Source: a virus
Virus record (IMG/VR): IMGVR_UViG_3300028920_000027
Coordinates: 118,336 to 182,335 of that record
DNA length: 64,000 nt
Strand: one strand, 5' to 3'
Shown in pieces: positions 57,241-64,000 of the stretch (positions within the stretch are counted from its first letter, which is position 1; each line of letters starts with the position of its first letter). Under the pieces are notes generated by a model that did not search any database, was not told where the DNA came from, and saw only the letters and a list, made by a program, of their open reading frames with translations. A program made the translations under genes and the position numbers.

Positions 57241-57688
57241 CCCTATCAGTGGCTGGTACCGGGCCAAGCGCTCGTTCACGATGGATACACACGACGGCCC
57301 ATCTGAGGTCGAGAGTGGAGATCGGCTTTTCTATGTGGGTGCCGGCCGCGTTCAGGTCAAGGACGGGAAGATTTGTGAGGTGGTGGACGGCACGAACCTC
57401 TTCGAAGTAGTCTACGAGGTGGGGTGGGTCAAGCTGCTCGCCGCCGCGAAGACTCCTGAGCCCCTGAAGTTGAAACGGGGCTGGTACGTGGTGGTTCGGT
57501 CGTTCACGCACCAGAAGAGCGACATCTCGGTAGACAATGACGCCTTCATCTTCTTTGACGGCGGGCGCGGTCAGCTTGGGCAAGGTCGGTATCTGGAAGC
57601 CGACATCCTTCAGCACATGCTCAAGGTCGGGTGGATTGCCCCTGCCCAAGGGGCCCCGACCCTATGGGAGCGGCTTGATGTCGAGTAG
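57233..57688 (+). CDS. Hypothetical protein with PTLWERL tag
   Basis: Ends APTLWERLDVE. Confidence 0.7.
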   Translation: MADPISGWYRAKRSFTMDTHDGPSEVESGDRLFYVGAGRVQVKDGKICEVVDGTNLFEVVYEVGWVKLLAAAKTPEPLKLKRGWYVVVRSFTHQKSDISVDNDAFIFFDGGRGQLGQGRYLEADILQHMLKVGWIAPAQGAPTLWERLDVE

Positions 57689-57730
57689 TCATTGCGGGCC
57701 GCCACCGGGCCCAACGGTGTAAAGTGGCTC

Positions 57731-58366
57731 GTGCGCTTCGACCACATTCGCTTTCTGTGGGTTGATCACCCGGACCGCCTGACCCCGACGTCCGGCCGTT
57801 CCTGGAGCCTCATCTTCACGGGGGGTAGCCCTCTCGACACGTCGGCGCCCTACCACCATCGCGGTTACCTTTGGGGCGAGACAAAACACGGCAAGGCGCG
57901 GGTGCACAACTGGCGGGCGCTGGGGTACCACGAGGTCCAAGACCACTTGGTTCGCTTGGCGCACCACGCGCCTGCCGATGCCATGGAGCGCATGAGTGCC
58001 TACAAGGAAACAGAGGTCCTTGACTCGGTGGGTGTCGTTCGGATCGCGGCTCAGTGGACTCTCGACTACTACATGGCCAATGAGGTCTTCCCCACGAACG
58101 AGGAGCATGAGCGGTCTGGGCCGTTTCCACCAGACTCGTGGCTCTGGATTCGTTGCTACAAGCCGCCCCTGACCGCGGATGACCTGACCAATGAGAGTCG
58201 GAGGGAGAATGGCAGCCCCATCGTGTTCCAGGCGAGCATCACCGTGATGGGGCGGGATCCTCAGGAAGGTGACCGCGAGCTGCCAGCTTTCTTCTGCCAG
58301 ACCCACGCGATGCACAATCGAATGGGATCGGCGGCGCCTCAGCCAACCCTGTGGGAGAGACTATGA
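57731..58366 (+). CDS. Hypothetical protein with PTLWERL tag
   Basis: GTG lies 5 nt after GGTG-TAAAGT; ends QPTLWERL. Confidence 0.7.
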   Translation: MRFDHIRFLWVDHPDRLTPTSGRSWSLIFTGGSPLDTSAPYHHRGYLWGETKHGKARVHNWRALGYHEVQDHLVRLAHHAPADAMERMSAYKETEVLDSVGVVRIAAQWTLDYYMANEVFPTNEEHERSGPFPPDSWLWIRCYKPPLTADDLTNESRRENGSPIVFQASITVMGRDPQEGDRELPAFFCQTHAMHNRMGSAAPQPTLWERL

Positions 58367-58953
58367 CAGCGCCAATTCAAGAACGAGTTTGGTTCGAGCA
58401 GTTGCCCGATCTAGCTGAGCCTGTGTATGCGTTTGACGCGAACACAGAGATCGTCCGGTTGGGTCTGGGTAGTGACCCCTACGCGCACCTGGAGCCTCGG
58501 GTGTGGACCTTTCAAACGGACAGATTCGATGCCCCAGGCCAGATTTCCCTCACGAAGATCAAGATCCCGGTAGTGAACTCTGCCTTGGGATTCTTGCTTC
58601 AGTTCACTCACGATAAAGCCCAAGACCCTTGTGTCGTGAGCCAACGGTTGAGGGCGACGCGACCTCCCATTCTCAAGGCGGCGGCGGCCCGGCTCGCTCT
58701 CGACCAGCTCGTAACAGACGCTATCAAGTGGTACAGTCAGGAGGATTCTGACTCTCTTTTGTGGATCGTCCACCGACCGCCTAATCAAGCTGGGACGTCG
58801 ATGGTCTGCTTTACGATGTTGAAAAATCTTGCAGAGGGTGTGGGAAATACCACTTCTCCTCCCGAGAAGTGGGGCCTCACTCGCGATCTGTTGATCTCCC
58901 TGGGAGATCGCTCCCCGCCTCAGGCCCCCGTGGGAACGGTTGGGGATGATTAA
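58363..58953 (+). CDS. Hypothetical protein (WERL codons present out of frame at the 3' end)
   Basis: ATGA overlap with the previous gene. Confidence 0.6.
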   Translation: MTAPIQERVWFEQLPDLAEPVYAFDANTEIVRLGLGSDPYAHLEPRVWTFQTDRFDAPGQISLTKIKIPVVNSALGFLLQFTHDKAQDPCVVSQRLRATRPPILKAAAARLALDQLVTDAIKWYSQEDSDSLLWIVHRPPNQAGTSMVCFTMLKNLAEGVGNTTSPPEKWGLTRDLLISLGDRSPPQAPVGTVGDD

Positions 58954-58991
58954 CGGACGATTTCCTGAACGGAATCCGTATGGGGTACATC

Positions 58992-59165
58992 ATGGCTGAC
59001 TCACCGCATGACAATTATAACTCGTTTGATCCGCTAAAGTGGGTCTTTGGTCCCTTTGCGGTATTTGGGTGTGGTTTCTTGGCTGTTTGGGTGATCTCTG
59101 CCCTTGCATCCTTGGCCCTCATCGGAGCGGCCATCTATCTGATCTATTCCACAGCAACACTGTGA
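58992..59165 (+). CDS. Small membrane protein
   Basis: Long hydrophobic stretch. Confidence 0.55.
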   Translation: MADSPHDNYNSFDPLKWVFGPFAVFGCGFLAVWVISALASLALIGAAIYLIYSTATL

Positions 59166-59220
59166 CGAGGCCAAATGCCCTCGCGGCGTATCGAAACACG
59201 AGCGGCCATTTGGTCCAAAC

Positions 59221-59598
59221 ATGAAAAGCATCCCCATGGGCATCGAAGGCCGCCACATTCATCTCAGCGACTACGCTCAGCAGCCCGAGGTTCGCATCGC
59301 CTGCACCCAGCGTTACAGCAGCCCCTGGAACCAGCCCAAGGACCTACCTCCGGGCGTCCACCAGCTCGACGAGGACCTCTACACGTTCGACGAGGATTTG
59401 GTGACTTGCCCCGAGTGCAAGGCCATGCCTGTCTGGGTCAAAGGGTATACCCGCAAGCGGCGCTTCGAGGCACAGCTCCAGCTCTGGGGGCTGACGGGGG
59501 GCGAGTACGTGGCCGCCACGAGGGCAGACCCCTTCCTCACGAAGTTCTCCCGAGCTTCGGATGAGGAACTCGACCGCATCTGGAAGGGTGAGACATGA
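59221..59598 (+). CDS. Hypothetical protein
   Basis: CPEC motif. Confidence 0.6.
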   Translation: MKSIPMGIEGRHIHLSDYAQQPEVRIACTQRYSSPWNQPKDLPPGVHQLDEDLYTFDEDLVTCPECKAMPVWVKGYTRKRRFEAQLQLWGLTGGEYVAATRADPFLTKFSRASDEELDRIWKGET

Positions 59599-60218
59599 TA
59601 GTCGATACCATCTGCGAGACCTACGCCCGCTTCGAGGAAGTTCCCTTCGACAAGCCCATTGGGGTGACTCTGCCCGACGAGGCCAAGGCTTTGGTTGCTG
59701 AGGTCAACCCCTGGGCGGTGCCCGTTCCCGAACGGTTGAGGTGGGCCAACCTGATGCCTGGGATCTGGGACGTCAGCATCCGTTGGCCACGGTTGGTTTT
59801 CCCTCATTATGCGGAAGAGCACATCGAAAAGATACTAGCCTGCTGTACACATGACCAACAGCAGGCAGCACGAAACCTGATCGCCAGTGCCGCGAGTCAT
59901 GACGATGAGGGCGTCTGGGCACTCAACCGACGCGCGGCAGGACTCTACGCTGATGCCCTCATTGCGCACATCCTTGCTGAGCGCCCCCGGATGTTCCCTG
60001 ACAGCTACCTGTGGGTTCGGTGGCAGTCCGGGCGCAAGGAAGATATCGAAGATGAGCCGGTGCTGAGCGTGTTCATTCTCAGCACAGAGTGGGAGCCTCC
60101 TGCGGGTCGTCGCCTCCCCAAGGAGGAAGTCGACAGCATGACCACCTATACCCTGATGAACCGGTGGCATCTTCAGGTCAAGGGTCCAACCCTGTGGGAG
60201 CGCCTGGCTCGTGACTGA
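59595..60218 (+). CDS. Hypothetical protein with PTLWERL tag
   Basis: Ends GPTLWERLARD. Confidence 0.7.
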   Translation: MIVDTICETYARFEEVPFDKPIGVTLPDEAKALVAEVNPWAVPVPERLRWANLMPGIWDVSIRWPRLVFPHYAEEHIEKILACCTHDQQQAARNLIASAASHDDEGVWALNRRAAGLYADALIAHILAERPRMFPDSYLWVRWQSGRKEDIEDEPVLSVFILSTEWEPPAGRRLPKEEVDSMTTYTLMNRWHLQVKGPTLWERLARD

Positions 60219-60861
60219 CTCTCCCTTTACCATCCGCTTCATCGAGATGGGCTCAACTCTGGAGGTTCATTCCAGCATGGGGGAGGTTCAGGCACTGGTC
60301 CTCCCCCATGACGCTGATATCTACGAGAAGCCAGTGCCTCGACTCGGATGGCGTCCCTTACCCTCTTGGGTAGTGCATGTGAGTGACACCTTGAACATCC
60401 CTAACCGGTCTGTGCCCGAGTCGACCGCGTATTTGAAGGAGGTGTGTTCCAGGGTGCGTCCTGTAGGTGGGTCCACCGAGGACGTGCGCCGCATGTTCAT
60501 CGACAGACTCGGTCAAGACCGGCCCCACGTTATCGTCGACATTGCATCGGCGTTCCATACCGACAACATCGTCGCCAACATTCTGCGTGGGGCGTACTCC
60601 CCTCCAGCCGAGAAGGTGACCATCGGCTTCAAGCACACCGACCGGCCCCACCTCGTCGTGTTGGCCGCCCGCAAGCATTTCTGGGAGCCTCAGAAGGTCC
60701 ACAACAAGCCCTGGGGCGACATCCCGCCCGAGGAGTGGCCCCAAGTCCGGGCAGTTCTCCGTGGCCTCCACCAGGGCGCGTGGTTTCGACCCTCTCCGAC
60801 CTTGTGGGAGCGACTTGCGCTGAACGATTCGGCAAGTCCATCCGTATGTGGACGCCAGTGA
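60211..60861 (+). CDS. Hypothetical protein with PTLWERL tag
   Basis: PSPTLWERLALND near the C-terminus. Confidence 0.7.
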   Translation: MTDSPFTIRFIEMGSTLEVHSSMGEVQALVLPHDADIYEKPVPRLGWRPLPSWVVHVSDTLNIPNRSVPESTAYLKEVCSRVRPVGGSTEDVRRMFIDRLGQDRPHVIVDIASAFHTDNIVANILRGAYSPPAEKVTIGFKHTDRPHLVVLAARKHFWEPQKVHNKPWGDIPPEEWPQVRAVLRGLHQGAWFRPSPTLWERLALNDSASPSVCGRQ

Positions 60862-60981
60862 TGATTCGTGCCCTGAAAGCGTTCGCTAAAGAGGGTGGCA
60901 GGCTCAGAGTGAGCGGTCCACGCCCGAGTGGGCCGTGACGGCGTTGGCTGCGGGCTGGACACCACCCAAGGGTTGGAAGCC

Positions 60982-61536
60982 GTGAAGCTCAAGGTCCGCT
61001 TCGAGGAAGTGCCTTCAAGGGGCCTGCCTATCTGTCGGTTAGACCCCTCTTGGTGCTTACATTTCCAGGGCGGTGACCCTTATGACGGGCCAGGTGAGTA
61101 CTCTTGGACACCAATGGCCCCTAAGGCGGGTCTCATCATGACCGCTTTCCGGCGAAAAAGTCTCGAGGAGGCCCGGGAGTGGCTTCAGAAGTGGGATCTC
61201 TGTGTCGAGCACGTGGACACCACCCAGCACATGGACTCCCCCCAGTTGGTGGACCGGGTGGCACAGTTCGCGATCGACCGGTTCGTTTGCATGCTCCTGC
61301 GTCCCTTGAATGACTTCTATTGGTACCGTGTTGTCTACCAGTACGGGTATGTCGCTGGAGAGGTAGCGCGGATTGCGGTCGTTCAGAGCCATGCTGAACC
61401 CCGAGGATGCTCCCTGGAGCCCCCGCCTTTATGGTGGGCCACGGGGCGCATGCTCAAGCATCGGGGCGTTCAGAAATGGCCCACAATTTGGGAGAGGGTG
61501 GCAAACGTCGGTGTAGAGTTTGACGACGATGCCTGA
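60982..61536 (+). CDS. Hypothetical protein with PTIWERV tag
   Basis: Ends WPTIWERVANVGVEFDDDA. Confidence 0.65.
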   Translation: MKLKVRFEEVPSRGLPICRLDPSWCLHFQGGDPYDGPGEYSWTPMAPKAGLIMTAFRRKSLEEAREWLQKWDLCVEHVDTTQHMDSPQLVDRVAQFAIDRFVCMLLRPLNDFYWYRVVYQYGYVAGEVARIAVVQSHAEPRGCSLEPPPLWWATGRMLKHRGVQKWPTIWERVANVGVEFDDDA

Positions 61537-61759
61537 ACCAATTGACCCTTACCGTTTCGTTGTCGGAATCGACTTCGGCCACCACGGCGACGAGACCGCG
61601 CTGGTGACCCTAAATCAGTACACCGGACGGGTGGCAAACTCTGAGCTGACCGTGCTCAAGCAACGACAAGTTCCCGCGGACCGCATCAAGTTGAGTTGGG
61701 GAATGGGCGACCTGGTGGAGCCCCCCACGCTGTTCGAGCGCCTGATGCTGGAGGAGTGA
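61529..61759 (+). CDS. Small protein with PTLFERL tag; N-terminus resembles an RNase H-fold strand (VVGIDFG..DETA)
   Basis: Ends PPTLFERLMLEE. Confidence 0.6.
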   Translation: MPEPIDPYRFVVGIDFGHHGDETALVTLNQYTGRVANSELTVLKQRQVPADRIKLSWGMGDLVEPPTLFERLMLEE

Positions 61760-62844
61760 TGACGGTCAAGTTCTTTGGGACACCGGTCGTTGACCTGGGG
61801 GAGGTGTGGTTTGTCTCCACCGACAACAGCATTGGCTTCCGCCTCACTGCTTTCGACGGGGGCATGATTTTGAAGACCATTCAGCCCAATTGGTCTCCCC
61901 GTGCCGTTCAGAACATGGGTCTGCTGGACCCCGTCAAGCGAGATTTCGGCGAGTTGGAGCGACCCGTTGAACCCAACGAGACGGTTGCTGAGGTCCGCGA
62001 GGACCTCAGTCTACAAGAACGAACTCTGCTTCTGGAGTATGTACTCCTTCAAAATCACCCCGAGCTAGCCCATCGATTCTCCCAGCAGCCCCATTTTGGT
62101 GGCTGGAAGGTCTTCCCCGACATGGCCGTCGAGTACGAAGGTGGGTGTGTGTGGTTCCGTTGTGGTGAAGGAATGCTCTACTACTACACTATCCACAATG
62201 AAAGGGTCATGGTCGACCAGTCGACCAGGTTTCTGACCTTGAGAGAGTGTGTGGGCAGTGCGCACATGCTCATGCAGCAGAGTCGTAAGGCTGAGATGGA
62301 AGCCATTCACGAGTACTCGACAGTCCGCCTGGACCCTGTCCGTACTGAGTTCGCGTGTGGCGCCGTGCGGGTGACGGCTTCGGGGAACGCCAATTGGGAA
62401 ATAACGTGCCGGGGGGCTCGTTACCTGGTGGTGCCGCGGGTGGTTCAGCGGCTGTACGCGGTGCTTGGGTCCGAATATCCGCTGATGTACGGCTTCACCC
62501 CCGAGGACGCGGTGAAGCGCTTCCTCGGGGCCAACCCGGAGTTGAGGGAAGAGTACACCTTTTTTGGGCGTGCAATTCCCCTCAATGGAGAGCTTGACCT
62601 AGGGGACGGTTATCGAGTCGTGATTGCGGAGGCTCGGGCATGGCTGATGCACCACGACACCGAGCTGATGCAGGTAATGTCGACAACCAACCAGAAAGCT
62701 CTTCAGAAGCTGGAAAAGGCTGCCGCCACGATACGATCTAACCTAACATCGTGGCGGGAGTTCGACTACAAGATCCAACGCTTTGGCATGGGACGCATGA
62801 CGGGTTTTCAACGCCTGCGCTTTGAGGATGAGTTCGATGATTGA
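61759..62844 (+). CDS. Hypothetical protein with variant tag TGFQRL
   Basis: Ends MTGFQRLRFEDEFDD. Confidence 0.65.
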   Translation: MTVKFFGTPVVDLGEVWFVSTDNSIGFRLTAFDGGMILKTIQPNWSPRAVQNMGLLDPVKRDFGELERPVEPNETVAEVREDLSLQERTLLLEYVLLQNHPELAHRFSQQPHFGGWKVFPDMAVEYEGGCVWFRCGEGMLYYYTIHNERVMVDQSTRFLTLRECVGSAHMLMQQSRKAEMEAIHEYSTVRLDPVRTEFACGAVRVTASGNANWEITCRGARYLVVPRVVQRLYAVLGSEYPLMYGFTPEDAVKRFLGANPELREEYTFFGRAIPLNGELDLGDGYRVVIAEARAWLMHHDTELMQVMSTTNQKALQKLEKAAATIRSNLTSWREFDYKIQRFGMGRMTGFQRLRFEDEFDD

Positions 62845-63067
62845 GAAGGTGGTGTACTTCCCGGACCCGGACGGCGTGGGTGATGGCGTGACGCTGCGGT
62901 TTACCCCTGAGGGCTACCAAAACCTGCGGGACTTCTGCGATAAAGTTGTTCCTCAAGACCAGCTTTGCAGGCGGTTCGCCTCCGCGCTCCGAGCCGTTGC
63001 CGATGCCGCCGATGCTCCGCCCCCCAATGCTTGGGAGATCCTGCGCGATGCCGCCGATGAGGGCTGA
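62837..63067 (+). CDS. Small hypothetical protein with variant tag NAWEIL
   Basis: Ends PPPNAWEILRDAADEG. Confidence 0.55.
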   Translation: MIEKVVYFPDPDGVGDGVTLRFTPEGYQNLRDFCDKVVPQDQLCRRFASALRAVADAADAPPPNAWEILRDAADEG

Positions 63068-63280
63068 GTCAAGAGTCGCTACCGAGCAACTCGATGAGTT
63101 GGCCCATCAGCTGGGCCCCCCACTCCAGCATTTGGCAGACAGGATGAAGCAGTTTGGGCAGGCCCTCACCCAGTTCTCGCTCGCTCTTGAGGAACATGTG
63201 GCACCTGCAAGCATGCCCTGGGCAGCCACGATCGGCCGCAGTCCATTGTCTTCCACCTTGTCTCTGCCAAGGAGCTGTAC

Positions 63281-63973
63281 TTGCACCTGAGGATCAACTG
63301 GTGGGGCAAGGATGGGCCGGCTGTAGCGTTGGTGCTGTATCGTTCGATACGGCCGTGCATCGAGAATGAGATCGCCGACCAAGGGGACCGTCGTAGTATT
63401 ATCGTTGAGTCTCACCTTCCCGACCACTTCGACGAAGAGTTCAAGAATGTCGAGCACGTAGCGAGTCACACCGATGTGGCTCTTCGCTTGTTGGAGAACT
63501 CAGTCCTCTCCCTCTGGCCCCAGCTGGCTCACGATCTGGAGCAGTCGCTCGCGCCCCGTCGTGTTGGGGCACCGGCCTTGGAACCCTGCTTCGGGTGGCT
63601 CATTGACCCGACCCACCGCCTCGGCGACACCACTAATAGGACCCTAGCCTTCAATGAGCTCAACAAGCATTCAGAGACCGCGGTGGCCTACTTTCTCCAG
63701 GACAGCGTGCTGATCTCCCCCATAGAGAGGTTCCCCCTCCCGGTGACGCTGAGTTACGACGTCTACTGGTTCGAATACGATGGTAAGGCTTTCTTGATTC
63801 GAGCCAGTAAGCGAAGGAAGGTGTACAGCATCATCCATTTGACGGACCTACCTGACGGGGCCTACCACGTGGTCTGGGGGTTCACTCCTATCGATGCCAT
63901 GGAGCGTTTCATGGATTCCCGAAGGAACCGGGCCATCCCCGAGACCATTTGGGAGCGCCTGAGTGATGACTAG
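63281..63973 (+). CDS. Hypothetical protein with TIWERL tag (may begin at 63057 via a frameshift)
   Basis: Ends PETIWERLSDD. Confidence 0.6.
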   Translation: MHLRINWWGKDGPAVALVLYRSIRPCIENEIADQGDRRSIIVESHLPDHFDEEFKNVEHVASHTDVALRLLENSVLSLWPQLAHDLEQSLAPRRVGAPALEPCFGWLIDPTHRLGDTTNRTLAFNELNKHSETAVAYFLQDSVLISPIERFPLPVTLSYDVYWFEYDGKAFLIRASKRRKVYSIIHLTDLPDGAYHVVWGFTPIDAMERFMDSRRNRAIPETIWERLSDD

Positions 63974-64000
63974 CTTCTTCGGACATGCAGTCCTTCCCGA

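Noticed and set aside
54345-63973. WERL signal as a DNA/RNA element (Chi-like site, repeat or terminator)
   Set aside because: Synonymous positions vary freely (all six Arg codons are used) and the motif stays in frame near stop codons on both strands.
1-64000. Genome-wide reassignment of TAG to an amino acid
   Set aside because: Many genes stop at TAG right after their C-terminal tag or just before the next start; only one clear in-frame TAG was found.
1-64000. Numerous antisense and overlapping ORFs in the six-frame track (for example 9191-10036, 42332-43366, 31884-32726)
   Set aside because: Shadow ORFs expected in GC-rich DNA opposite better-supported genes.
1-64000. Integrase, transposase, reverse transcriptase, cas1/cas2/cas4/cas6, and structural or replication genes
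   Set aside because: No diagnostic motifs recognised in this window.

Overview
This window looks like part of a large, GC-rich bacteriophage genome. It is dense with small hypothetical genes and carries phage-type accessory genes (IF-1, HD hydrolase, KilA-N, GIY-YIG, DUF262, Fis-like HTH, ATP-grasp). I saw no host housekeeping genes, integrase or transposase; a Myxococcota/Deltaproteobacteria-like host is only a guess. Main elements: (1) a minimal type I-C-like CRISPR-Cas locus (cas5c, cas8c, a stand-alone cas11, cas7c and an SF2 helicase with no HD nuclease; no cas1/2/4/6), flanked by two arrays with different but structurally related repeats. (2) A solitary copy of the array-1 repeat 20 kb away, directly abutting a ~420-nt RNA built from two circularly permuted tRNA-like folds. 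(3) A tRNA gene with a CUA (amber) anticodon. (4) At least 16 mostly unrelated proteins sharing a C-terminal peptide tag, [ST]-x-[WF]-E-R-[LIV] plus a short and often acidic tail, conserved at the protein rather than DNA level and concentrated at 54-64 kb; this is the most striking unexplained signal. (5) Two recurrent promoter-like motifs, one implying leaderless mRNAs. (6) Many frameshifted or deleted genes, including a DNA methyltransferase with an internal microhomology-bounded inversion. All family assignments come from motif recognition by eye; no database searches were run.
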